From: an uncultured Clostridia bacterium | GTDB lineage: Bacteria; Bacillota; Clostridia; Christensenellales; CAMQZB01 | DNA length: 64,000 nucleotides | Assembly (NCBI GenBank): GCA_947039455.1 | Contig: CAMQZB010000002.1 | Coordinates: 97,393-161,392 of the forward strand | Direction: 5' to 3' | Part shown: positions 10,271 to 20,762 of the stretch, in pieces | Position numbering within the stretch: the stretch's first letter is position 1 | Layout: each line of letters begins with the position of its first letter | The notes under the pieces: generated by a model | Told to the model about the DNA's origin: nothing | The model's database searches: none | Seen by the model: the letters and a program-made list of their open reading frames with translations, nothing else | Translations under genes and position numbers: made by a program

Positions 10271-13200
10271 ATGGATAAAATATTTTTTGGTTTAGATATT
10301 GGAACTGCGTCTGTAGGATTTGCAGTAACGGATGAAAACTATAAATTAAAGAAGTTAAAAGGCAAAGATGCGTGGGGCGTAAGATTGTTTGACCCAGCAA
10401 ATACCGCAGTTGAGCGAAGAGTGTTTAGAACTACAAGACGTCGTAGTATGCGAAGAAAGAATCGAATTGCATTATTGCAAGAAATATTTGCGGAAGAAAT
10501 TTCAAAAGTGGATCAAGGATTTTTCCAACGCATGAATGATAGTTTTTACGTTCAAAATGATAAGGCAGTAAATCAACCGTATTCACTTTTTTCGGGCAAA
10601 GAGTTTAATGATAAACACTATAATAGGCAATTCCCGACAATATATCATCTTCGAAAAGCATTGATTGAACAAGGTTCTTCAGATGCTCGTTTATTGTATC
10701 TTGCAATACATCATATAATTAAATACAGAGGTCATTTTTTATTTGAAGGACAAGACTTTTCAAGTGCACTTAAGATTGATTCTCTAATATTAGGATTAAA
10801 CGAAGAATTACAATTCTTTGAATTAAGCGGATTTGGCATGTCTGAATTGGATTCGTTGTCAAATATTGTTTTAGATAGTAAACTAAAATTAACAGCAAAA
10901 AAGAAACAGTTTGAGAAAATTCTTAATCCAACAACAAAGCAAGAAATTGAAATGATTTCGGTAATGGTTGGTGGAAGTTCTACATTAAATAAGATATTTG
11001 CTACGCAAGATTTTTCCGAGAGCGAAGTGAAGTCTATTAAATTTAGCGACAATGGTTTTGAAGACAATACTATGCCAAAACTTACGACGATTTTGGACGA
11101 ACAACACTTGGCAGTAATTGAAAAGCTAAAGGCAATTTATGATTGGACAGTACTATTTTCAATATTGCAAGGAAATCAATACATTTCGATTTCAATGTGT
11201 GGAAGATATGAAAAGCATAAAAAAGACTTAGCTATATTAAAGAAGTTTGTTAAAGAAAATTGCAAATCAAAATATGGAGAAATTTTTAGAAAAGATAAGT
11301 TATATTCTGCATATGTCGCTAGTGTAAAGGTAGGCTGTGAGAAAGTATCAATTAAAAAAATATCAGTAAAAGAAGATTTTTATAAAGAATTAAAAAAAGT
11401 ACTTGCTCAAGAGTCTGGAAGTATAATTGATAAAACAACTTATGAATACATATTGTCCGAAATGGAAAACGGAACTTTTTTACCTAAACAAGTAGTGAAA
11501 GATAACAGCGTAATTCCATATCAAGTGAATAAAATGGAACTTGATCAAATACTTGAAAATGCAAGCAAACATCTTGCTTTTTTAAATGAAAAGCATGATG
11601 GTATAACAGTTAAAGAAAAAATATCACTACTCTTGACATTTAAGATTCCATACTATGTTGGACCGCTTAATAATCACCACAAAGAAAAATTTGCGTGGGT
11701 GGAAAGGCTTAGCACAGGAAGAGTAACGCCATGGAATTTTGATGATAAAATCGATAAAGATAAGAGTGCTGAAAAATTCATAACTAGAATGACGAATAAG
11801 TGTAGCTATTTAATTGGTGAAGATGTACTTCCTAAAACTTCGATAATATATCAAAAATTTACGGTATTGAATGAAATTAATAATATTAAAATTAATGGTG
11901 AGGCTATTACTGTTGAATTAAAGCAAGATATATTTAATGAGTTGTATTTGCTAAATAAGAAAGTGACTGTTAAAAAAGTCAAATTATTTTTAATAGAAAA
12001 AGGGTTGTTTAATAAAAATGATAAAATTGAAATAACTGGTGTGGATGTTGAGGGAGAACTTAAGTCATCAATGAGTTCATATGTAACATTTACAGATATA
12101 TTCAAAGAATTAACTACTGAAAATATAATAATCGCAGAAAACATAATTAAATGGAGTACATTGTTTGAAGATAAGAAAGTGCTTAAAAGACGAATTCAAT
12201 TAGAGTATGGCGATATATTAAAGTCAGAAACGTTAAATAAAGTAGTAGGAATGAATTTTAAAGGTTGGGGTAGATTATCTGATAAATTGCTAAACGATGT
12301 TATGAATATTAATAAAGAAACAGGTGAAGTGTATTCATTAATTGAAAACATGTGGTCTAGTAACGATAACCTTATGGAATTGTTATCAAACCATTATAGC
12401 TACAGTGATGAAATCATGAAAATTAATTCTGATAAAATGAACGATTCCCAAAAAGTGAGTTATAAAGATATAGAAATTCTACCATGCTCACCATCGGTAA
12501 AAAGACAAATATGGCAATCATTTGAAGTAGTAAATGAGCTTGTAAAAGTAGCAAAAAAACAACCTGATAAAATCTTCATTGAAATGGCTAGAGGTGGTGG
12601 CGAGAAAAACAAGCGTACACTCTCAAGGAAAAAAAACCTAATTGAATTATACAGCAACATAAAAGAGGAAAGTGCTAGTTGGATTAAAGAGCTAGAGAGC
12701 TTAGACGATCAAAGATTGCAAAGCGATAAACTGTATTTGTACTATACTCAAATGGGAAAATGTATGTATTCAAATGAAAAAATAGATTTAGGCGATTTGT
12801 TAACGAACAATATGGCATATGACATTGACCATATCTATCCACAGAGTAAAATTAAAGACGATAGTTTGGATAATAGAGTATTAGTAAAGAAAGTTTTGAA
12901 CGGTGAAAAACTGAATGTTTATCCAATTTCATTTGCATGGCAACAAAAATGCAAAGGATTGTGGAATGCACTACTAAAGTATGCATTAATTAGCAAGAAA
13001 AAATATGAACGACTAGTTAGAACAACTGAATTTAGTGCTGATGAATTGGCTGACTTTATTGATAGACAGCTTGTTGAAACGCGCCAAACAACAAAATATG
13101 TTGCAAGCATACTAAAAACTATTATGCCAAAAACAGAGATTGTATATGTTAAAGCAGGTAATGTATCGAACTTTAGACATGATATGAATTTGTTGAAAGT

Positions 13201-14305
13201 AAGAGATATTAACGATTTACACCATGCGAACGATGCTTATTTAAATATAGTAGTTGGTAATGTTTATAATACTAAATTCGGTGCTAATGCTCGTATATTC
13301 ATGAAAAACAAACCAGAAGCATATAACATGCGAAGAATGTTTGATTATGATGTTAAGAGAGGTGAATACTATGCTTGGAAGCAACTAGGCGAAGATAAAA
13401 CTATTAATAAAGTGGTGCAAACGCTTACTAAGAATTCTCCCCTTGTTAGCAGATATACATATGAAGGTAAAGGTGGATTTTTCGACCAAAACATTGTAAA
13501 GAAGAAAGCAGGACTATTCCCAATTAAAGCAAGCGACGAAAGATTGCTAAAAACTGAAATTTATGGTGGATATAATAAGTTAGCTACAGGTTATTTCATT
13601 ATTATTGAGCATACAAAAAAATCAAAAACAATTCGCACTATTGAGAAAGTGCCTGTATTATATATAAATAAACTTGGTAACGATACTAATGCTCTAGAAA
13701 AATATTGTGAAAGTATTGGATATGAAAAGCCGAGGATTATTTGCAAAAAAATCAAAATCAAAACATTGTTTAAGATTAATGGAGTTAAATTAAGAATAGC
13801 AAATACAACTGGAACGCAAATAGGATTCCATTTAGCTGAAGAAGCTTATTGGAGTGACAAACAATCACTATATATAAAAAAATTAATTAGGGTAGCTGAA
13901 AAAATTTCTGAGAAGAAAATCAAGAAAGAAAATTATCAAATTACAAAATATGATAGTATTACTGTTCATGAAAATTTAAATACATTTGAAAATTTAATTT
14001 ATAAATTACAAAATAAGCCTTATAAAGAAACAACAATTTTTCAAAGTGTAGCATTAAAATTGCAAAATAAAAAAGAATTTTTCAGTGATATAGTTATAAA
14101 TCAACAAGTGGTAGTCCTATTAGAAATATTAAAACTATTTAAGAACGACGCAACAAAATCTGATTTATCATTGCTTCAAGAAGGCAGTGCAGTTGGTACA
14201 ATAGTATTAACTCAAAATTTGAATCCAAAAGATACAATCAAAATAATTTCACAATCTCCAACTGGATTATACGAAAAAGAGATTGACGTTTGGTCAATAA
14301 AATGA
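10271..14305 (+). CDS. cas9: Cas9, type II-A, 1344 aa
   Basis: RuvC-I FGLDIGTASVGFAV; arginine-rich bridge helix RRRSMRRKNRI; HNH YDIDHIYPQS..DDSLDNRVLV; RuvC-III HHANDAYLNIVVG. Followed by cas1, cas2 and csn2. Confidence 0.97.
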   Translation: MDKIFFGLDIGTASVGFAVTDENYKLKKLKGKDAWGVRLFDPANTAVERRVFRTTRRRSMRRKNRIALLQEIFAEEISKVDQGFFQRMNDSFYVQNDKAVNQPYSLFSGKEFNDKHYNRQFPTIYHLRKALIEQGSSDARLLYLAIHHIIKYRGHFLFEGQDFSSALKIDSLILGLNEELQFFELSGFGMSELDSLSNIVLDSKLKLTAKKKQFEKILNPTTKQEIEMISVMVGGSSTLNKIFATQDFSESEVKSIKFSDNGFEDNTMPKLTTILDEQHLAVIEKLKAIYDWTVLFSILQGNQYISISMCGRYEKHKKDLAILKKFVKENCKSKYGEIFRKDKLYSAYVASVKVGCEKVSIKKISVKEDFYKELKKVLAQESGSIIDKTTYEYILSEMENGTFLPKQVVKDNSVIPYQVNKMELDQILENASKHLAFLNEKHDGITVKEKISLLLTFKIPYYVGPLNNHHKEKFAWVERLSTGRVTPWNFDDKIDKDKSAEKFITRMTNKCSYLIGEDVLPKTSIIYQKFTVLNEINNIKINGEAITVELKQDIFNELYLLNKKVTVKKVKLFLIEKGLFNKNDKIEITGVDVEGELKSSMSSYVTFTDIFKELTTENIIIAENIIKWSTLFEDKKVLKRRIQLEYGDILKSETLNKVVGMNFKGWGRLSDKLLNDVMNINKETGEVYSLIENMWSSNDNLMELLSNHYSYSDEIMKINSDKMNDSQKVSYKDIEILPCSPSVKRQIWQSFEVVNELVKVAKKQPDKIFIEMARGGGEKNKRTLSRKKNLIELYSNIKEESASWIKELESLDDQRLQSDKLYLYYTQMGKCMYSNEKIDLGDLLTNNMAYDIDHIYPQSKIKDDSLDNRVLVKKVLNGEKLNVYPISFAWQQKCKGLWNALLKYALISKKKYERLVRTTEFSADELADFIDRQLVETRQTTKYVASILKTIMPKTEIVYVKAGNVSNFRHDMNLLKVRDINDLHHANDAYLNIVVGNVYNTKFGANARIFMKNKPEAYNMRRMFDYDVKRGEYYAWKQLGEDKTINKVVQTLTKNSPLVSRYTYEGKGGFFDQNIVKKKAGLFPIKASDERLLKTEIYGGYNKLATGYFIIIEHTKKSKTIRTIEKVPVLYINKLGNDTNALEKYCESIGYEKPRIICKKIKIKTLFKINGVKLRIANTTGTQIGFHLAEEAYWSDKQSLYIKKLIRVAEKISEKKIKKENYQITKYDSITVHENLNTFENLIYKLQNKPYKETTIFQSVALKLQNKKEFFSDIVINQQVVVLLEILKLFKNDATKSDLSLLQEGSAVGTIVLTQNLNPKDTIKIISQSPTGLYEKEIDVWSIK

Positions 14306-15171
14306 GCTTTAGAACTATAGTTATCTCATCTCGTGCAAAATTAGAAACAAGAATGAATTACTTAATAGTGCGTGGTGAAAATGATAGCAAAATTCATTTA
14401 AGCGAAATAAATACAATTATAGTCGACTCCACAGCAGTAGCAATAACGGCAGGACTGTTGTGTGAGTTGTCTAATCGTAAAATAAAGCTAATTTTCTGTG
14501 ATGAAAAACATAATCCACATTGTGAAATGGTGCCATATTATGGATCCCATGATACAAGTGAAAAAATCAAAAATCAAACCAACTGGAGCTTAATGGTAAA
14601 GTCGCTTGTATGGACAAATGTAATACGATTGAAGATAAAAAAGCAATCTGAACATTTGCGTAGTTTAGGTTTAGTTGAACATGAGACCTTGGAAAAATAC
14701 CAAAACGAAATTGTGTTAAATGATTTAACAAATAGAGAAGGGCATTCTGCTAAACTATATTTTATAAGTATATTTGGAAAAGATTTTACGAGATCGAACT
14801 CGTCTTCAATTAATATGATGCTTAATTATGGTTATGCTATAATACTGTCGGCGTTTAATAGAGAAATAGTTTCTAGCGGCTATATAACGCAAATAGGATT
14901 AAAACATTGCAATGAATACAATCATTTCAATTTAGCAAGTGATTTAATGGAACCCTTTAGAATAGTTATAGATCGAGCTGTTGTTGACATGATTGATGAA
15001 CCTTTTGAAAAAGAACAGCGGAATAAATTAGTTGACCAATTAAATAAAGAAGTTATCATTTTCGGAAAGAAACAATTTCTTTCTAACGCAATAAAAATAT
15101 ACTGTAAAAGCGTATTCAATGCATTAAATGAAGAAAATGAGTTGCTAATAAAAGAATATTATGAGTTATAG
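14302..15171 (+). CDS. cas1: Cas1
   Basis: ATGA overlap with the cas9 stop. Its size and position between cas9 and cas2 are typical of type II. The track ORF starts 12 nt earlier. Confidence 0.93.
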   Translation: MSFRTIVISSRAKLETRMNYLIVRGENDSKIHLSEINTIIVDSTAVAITAGLLCELSNRKIKLIFCDEKHNPHCEMVPYYGSHDTSEKIKNQTNWSLMVKSLVWTNVIRLKIKKQSEHLRSLGLVEHETLEKYQNEIVLNDLTNREGHSAKLYFISIFGKDFTRSNSSSINMMLNYGYAIILSAFNREIVSSGYITQIGLKHCNEYNHFNLASDLMEPFRIVIDRAVVDMIDEPFEKEQRNKLVDQLNKEVIIFGKKQFLSNAIKIYCKSVFNALNEENELLIKEYYEL

Positions 15172-15481
15172 ATTTATGAGAGTTTTAGTTTTTTATGATA
15201 TGCCTAATCAAACAGATTTAGAAAAGAGAGAATATCGCTACTTTAGAACATATCTAATAAAAAGTGGCTTTATAATGTTGCAAGAATCTGTCTATGGCAA
15301 ATTGGCTTTGAATGGAAGTGTAGTTGAGTCAATTAGACTTAATTTAAGAAAAAATAAACCCAAATGCGGATTAGTGCAAATTTTGGCACTAACTGAAAAA
15401 CAGTTTTCAGATATGGAATTTCTTGTTGGATCGAGTACAAACGATGTACTTGATACTATTGATAGGTTGGTTGTGCTATGA
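15161..15481 (+). CDS. cas2: Cas2
   Basis: 106 aa with N-terminal MRVLVFYDMP, a Cas2-like beta strand. Overlaps cas1 and csn2. Confidence 0.9.
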   Translation: MSYRFMRVLVFYDMPNQTDLEKREYRYFRTYLIKSGFIMLQESVYGKLALNGSVVESIRLNLRKNKPKCGLVQILALTEKQFSDMEFLVGSSTNDVLDTIDRLVVL

Positions 15482-16152
15482 CTATAAACTTACCAAGTCT
15501 TGAAGAATGTATTTATGTGTACGAAAATAAAACAACAGTATTAGTGGTTGAAGATCCCCAAAGTTATTATAAGGTAATTAACGAATGGAAAGACAACATA
15601 GAAGGATTAGACGATTCAATTGCGGTCTTTGAAAATCACAAAGAAATGGTGGTGAAGAAACAAGTAGAATTATTGACTGATTTATTTAATTTTACAATAA
15701 ATAATAGGAAAAACATCACGATGCTACATAGCAAAATTAAACAAATTGCTTATAGAGAGGATTTTTATTTAAAATCTCAATCACTATTATCGGTGCAACA
15801 AAAATATCTAACTGATATTATATTTGAATTACAAAGTGATGTGAAGTTTGATGAAGAAATTGATATTAGCGGAATTTTCAAAGTTTTTGATGTAAAATAT
15901 GAAGAGAAAAGTAATTCTTTGTTGGAAAAGCTAGTGAATTATATCAAAGTAATTTCGGAATTCTCGTCAATTAAGTTATTGGTAACTGTAAATTTAAAAG
16001 CAGTGTTGTCCGAATTAGAAGTGCGACAATTGTATAAAGAAGCAAATTATATGAAAATGAATCTATTGCTAATTGAAAATAACTATCAACAGAATTTAGA
16101 TGGTGAAAACGTCTATATACTTGACAAAGATAGGTGTTTAGTGTATAAATAG
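15478..16152 (+). CDS. csn2: Csn2 (type II-A signature adaptation protein)
   Basis: 224-aa ORF overlapping the cas2 stop, located immediately before the CRISPR leader. Confidence 0.85.
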   Translation: MTINLPSLEECIYVYENKTTVLVVEDPQSYYKVINEWKDNIEGLDDSIAVFENHKEMVVKKQVELLTDLFNFTINNRKNITMLHSKIKQIAYREDFYLKSQSLLSVQQKYLTDIIFELQSDVKFDEEIDISGIFKVFDVKYEEKSNSLLEKLVNYIKVISEFSSIKLLVTVNLKAVLSELEVRQLYKEANYMKMNLLLIENNYQQNLDGENVYILDKDRCLVYK

Positions 16153-16220
16153 AGTAGGATTGTATTATATATTGTTTAGGATTAATGCGTATGTTGTGCG
16201 TAAAGACTCTCAAATGTGAG
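16153..16220 (+). promoter_or_regulatory. CRISPR leader
   Basis: 68-bp AT-rich segment between csn2 and the first repeat. It ends ...CAAATGTGAG, similar to the ATTTGAG-type leader-anchoring end of other II-A arrays. Confidence 0.6.
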
Positions 16221-17906
16221 GTTTGAGAGTTGTGTAATCCTAAATGGTAGTCAAACAAATATGAGAGTACGCAACGTAATGTGCTAGTTTGAGAGTTGTG
16301 TAATCCTAAATGGTAGTCAAACGACTGAATCAGATATAACCCATACATGGGGGTTTGAGAGTTGTGTAATCCTAAATGGTAGTCAAACGATTGAACTAGC
16401 ATACAAGCAAACGGAGCCGTTTGAGAGTTGTGTAATCCTAAATGGTAGTCAAACCATACTCAATGTTTGAGTATTGGCAATCATGTTTGAGAGTTGTGTA
16501 ATCCTAAATGGTAGTCAAACCCAAATAAAAAATACAGCAATTGAAATTACGTTTGAGAGTTGTGTAATCCTAAATGGTAGTCAAACTTAAATTTTCAACA
16601 TTTAGCGTGTATCTATGTTTGAGAGTTGTGTAATCCTAAATGGTAGTCAAACTAAAATATAGCGTGTTATTGTGTTAGTACTGTTTGAGAGTTGTGTAAT
16701 CCTAAATGGTAGTCAAACAGCGAATCCAGCCATGTATGAAAATAGGCCGTTTGAGAGTTGTGTAATCCTAAATGGTAGTCAAACTGGTGTAAATTTCTTG
16801 AAAGTAAAGGCTATGTTTGAGAGTTGTGTAATCCTAAATGGTAGTCAAACTTTAGGATACAAAACAAGCCGACCACCTTTGTTTGAGAGTTGTGTAATCC
16901 TAAATGGTAGTCAAACCAACAACACTAATTTTATCACCCTTGTCAAGTTTGAGAGTTGTGTAATCCTAAATGGTAGTCAAACTAAATCACTTCCAAGGTC
17001 GAGAAACTTATTGTTTGAGAGTTGTGTAATCCTAAATGGTAGTCAAACGGTGATTATAGTATTCTCGTAAAGTTCTATGTTTGAGAGTTGTGTAATCCTA
17101 AATGGTAGTCAAACTTTAGTAGATTGCTCGTAATGCTCACAGTGGTTTGAGAGTTGTGTAATCCTAAATGGTAGTCAAACAGTTCAACTCTTTCAAATGG
17201 TATGCACTTAGTTTGAGAGTTGTGTAATCCTAAATGGTAGTCAAACGAAACCACTACCTACCGCACTGTTATAATTGTTTGAGAGTTGTGTAATCCTAAA
17301 TGATAGTCAAACAAGAAGAAGAAGACACAGCATACGGAAAGGGTTTGAGAGTTGTGTAATCCTAAATGGTAGTCAAACTCTATAATATATATCAACGGAA
17401 GGAAAGCAGTTTGAGAGTTGTGTAATCCTAAATGGTAGTCAAACCATTGCACTTGCTGTTTCATCTATGCTATGTTTGAGAGTTGTGTAATCCTAAATGG
17501 TAGTCAAACTGTAATGTTCTTTTGCAAGCCATCGCCAATGTTTGAGAGTTGTGTAATCCTAAATGGTAGTCAAACTTGCTTTCGGCACTACCTTGCTCAT
17601 GCATAAGTTTGAGAGTTGTGTAATCCTAAATGGTAGTCAAACTTGTAAGAAGTTTAAGAACTATATTTTATTGTTTGAGAGTTGTGTAATCCTAAATGGT
17701 AGTCAAACTCAAACATTGACAATACACTGAACACGTGAGTTTGAGAGTTGTGTAATCCTAAATGGTAGTCAAACGCCCTCCGTTAGTGTGCTATATAATA
17801 CATAGTTTGAGAGTTGTGTAATCCTAAATGGTAGTCAAACATACCAATAGTGCAGAACTGCAGAACCTACATTTGAGAGTTGTGTAATCCTAAATGGTAG
17901 TTTAGT
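16221..17906 (+). CRISPR. CRISPR array: 26 repeats of 36 bp (GTTTGAGAGTTGTGTAATCCTAAATGGTAGTCAAAC) and 25 spacers
   Basis: 66-bp periodicity checked at several points. Spacers are 30 nt, except spacer 19 (29 nt) and spacer 21 (31 nt). Repeat 17 has G->A at 17303. The terminal repeat (17871-17906) is degenerate (ATTTGAG...GTAGTTTAGT). Confidence 0.98.
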
Positions 17907-17963
17907 TATTGCAAAAATTTAATTTTATAGTTTAAAACATTTATAGTTAAATGTACTAAACGA

Positions 17964-17999
17964 AACACCTATTGATTTTTTATCGATAGGTGTTTTTTC
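17964..17999 (+). terminator. Rho-independent terminator downstream of the array
   Basis: AACACCTATTGAT-TTTTT-ATCGATAGGTGTT followed by TTTTT. Confidence 0.6.
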
Positions 18000-18044
18000 A
18001 TGCCCAAAATCAGAAAACATCACAAGTATCCTTGACAAACAGTT

Positions 18045-19961
18045 CCTGAAGGCACATCCTATCGCAGCAAAACCCGCTTCAATAAATTCTATAATTTACC
18101 TGAATTAATGAGCATATTTAAAGAGGTTGCGGACATCAAAACAGCGGACATGTTAGACTTGCCAGTGCCAAAAGCTAACTTTCATACCATTGCTGTAAAA
18201 CCTACTGAAGTACAACGAGAGTTCGTTATGAACTGTGCGGATAGAGCTGAAGCGGTGAGAGATAGGTCAGTAGATAGCACCGTTGACAACATGTTGAAAA
18301 TTACAAACGATGGACGGAAAATCGCATTAGACCCAAGATTAATAAATCCACTTCTTGAAGATGAAAAAGTAACGAAAGTTAATGCTTGTGTCAATAATGT
18401 ATTCAACATTTGGAAAGATGGAACTACTCCAGAAAATAATGAAGATCCAACCAATCAAACCCAATTAGTATTTTGCGATATGTCAACACCAAAAACTGAT
18501 GGCACGTTCAATGTCTATGATGATATTAGAGAAAAATTAGTTAAAAAAGGTATGCAAAAAGAGCAAATAGCTTTCATTCACGAAGCTAAAACCGATATTC
18601 AAAAAGACAAACTATTTGCAAAAATGAAACGTGGCGAAATTCGAGTATTACTTGGTTCAACGCAAAAAATGGGTGCAGGAACTAATGTTCAAGAGCGATT
18701 AAAAGCAATTCACCACCTAGACTGTCCATGGAGACCAAGTGATTTAGAGCAGCGGAATGGACGAGTAATAAGACAAGGCAATTTGAATAAAGAAGTTGAT
18801 GTATATAACTATGTAACCAGTGAAACATTTGATGCGTATTTATATCAACTAGTAGAAAATAAGCAAAAATTCATATCTCAAATCATGTCAAGCAAAGCGA
18901 TAGTGAGAAGTGCGGAAGATATAGACGAGACAGCGTTATCATATGCTGAAATCAAAATGTTGGCAACAGGAAATCCCTACATAAAAGAAAAAATGGATCT
19001 AGATATTCAAGTTGCAAGATTGAAATTACTAAAGAGCAATTACCAAAACGAGATTTATCAACTACAAGATTTTATCTATAAAGATTACCCAACTCAATTA
19101 GCTGATGTGTTATCCAAAATAGACACAACTGAAAAAGATGTAGCAATTCAAATGACACACCCAGAGAAAATAAGTGACAAGAATTTCACTAATATGAATG
19201 TAATGGGTAAAGTGCATTACGACAAAGAAATGGCAGGTCGAGCCTTGCTTGAGAGTATGAAAGGCGTTGGGATTGATGAAAAAGAAGTAGGTGAGTATCG
19301 TGGGTTTAAGCTAATAGCGAATTACTCAATTTTCGAAAGCAAAACGAAACTAACAATCAAAAACAACGGACGGCGTACTATCGATATGGGCATTGACGTG
19401 TTCGGTAATATCCAAAGAATTGATAATGCAATTAATAACATTCCACTAAGATTAAATACATATAAAGAAGTCCTTACAGAGCTTGAAAACCAACTAGAGG
19501 TAGCAAAAGTAGAAGTTGAAAAAACATTCGATAAAGATGATGAATTAAATACAAAACTAGCAAGATTGAAAGAGCTTGACTCTCTATTAAATTTAGATAA
19601 AAGCACAGCGAAACAAGAAACTGAAGATCAACAAAACGCAAATGAAAGCAACGGAATAATCGAAACAACGCTATTTAGTTCGCATTGTGTATTTGACAAC
19701 GAAGCGCGAAACGCTAAGCTAATGCAAATGCCAAGTGATAGTGAATATGGCGACTATTGTTATTATCTTGAAAATTCTCTGATAGTAAGTGAAATTGATG
19801 GAGAAATCAATATAAAAGCAGATATAAGTAGTTCGATAAAGATATTCAACGATAAAACAGTTAAGAATATATCAATAATTGATTTTGTAAGACAGCAAGA
19901 AAATCGAATAAACCAAAGTGCGGAAAAAATCCGTAGTAATGAATTAGAAATAGCAATTTAA
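18045..19961 (+). pseudogene. 3' part of the interrupted polyvalent protein (helicase C-lobe and C-terminal tail)
   Basis: The frame reads PEGTSYRSKTRFNKFYNLPELMSIFKEVADIK..., then VFCDMSTPK, LLGSTQKMGAGTNVQ and HLDCPWRPSDLEQRNGRVIRQGN (helicase motifs IV-VI). It is in frame with 196-4544 once 4545-18052 is removed. Confidence 0.85.
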
Positions 19962-19969
19962 GGAGCGTT

Positions 19970-20752
19970 ATGAACAAAGAAAAAAACATAGTAAAAGCAC
20001 ACATTAAAAGCCGTGAGGGTGAATTTGGTGTGGTGGAAATAGTGAAGCAAAATGGCAACAATGACATACAAGCAATTTATCAAGATAAATTATGCACAGG
20101 AATGATAAATTCGATAAATGGTGAGTATTACATTGATGATAAATACGGAGTAATCGAAATTATCAAGCTAACCGCAAGAGAGAAAATTCAAAATAGAGTA
20201 GAGAGCGAATTCGATGAATATATGAATGAAATGATTGAAAAAGACCCTATGGAAATATTCTCTAAAAGCTCTGAAATACATGCATATACTGAAATCAAAG
20301 AGTGTCTTTTAGATGGTGATATGGATTTTATAGAAGATTCTGAATATGAATGTTTAATGCGAAGTGAAAACGTAATACAGGTGATATATCAGTACTATTT
20401 AGACAATGAAACGGCAAGTGTGTCTTCATATGATGAAACGAAAGAATTGATAACTAATTTCAATGATAGATACAACAGATACGAAGAAATTGAAGTTAAA
20501 AACAGCCAAGTTGTTTCAAATAATAACGGTAATGTGATGATCCAAATGCCAAGTGAAAGTAAATATAAAGACTATTGTTTTTATGTTGAAGAAATCGGTG
20601 TTTATGAAATCGATGAAGAAGCAACTACATTCGAATTAAACACATATAACAAAGTAACTCTAAAAGGTATTGACAAACCAATTTCACTTTCAACAAAAGA
20701 CTTGCAAGCGGAATTCAATTTAACGATATCAAAAGATTGTATCGAATTATAA
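19970..20752 (+). CDS. Hypothetical protein sharing a C-terminal motif with the preceding gene's tail
   Basis: IQMPSESKYKDYCFYVEE here versus MQMPSDSEYGDYCYYLEN in 18045-19961. Confidence 0.5.
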   Translation: MNKEKNIVKAHIKSREGEFGVVEIVKQNGNNDIQAIYQDKLCTGMINSINGEYYIDDKYGVIEIIKLTAREKIQNRVESEFDEYMNEMIEKDPMEIFSKSSEIHAYTEIKECLLDGDMDFIEDSEYECLMRSENVIQVIYQYYLDNETASVSSYDETKELITNFNDRYNRYEEIEVKNSQVVSNNNGNVMIQMPSESKYKDYCFYVEEIGVYEIDEEATTFELNTYNKVTLKGIDKPISLSTKDLQAEFNLTISKDCIEL

Positions 20753-20762
20753 AGGAGAAATA

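Noticed and set aside
15971-17464. Track ORFs 15971-16402 (-), 16672-17070 (+) and 17258-17464 (-), which have repetitive peptides (FDYHLGLHNSQT / FESCVILNGSQT)
   Set aside because: They are translations of the 36-bp CRISPR repeat at 66-bp periodicity, not genes.
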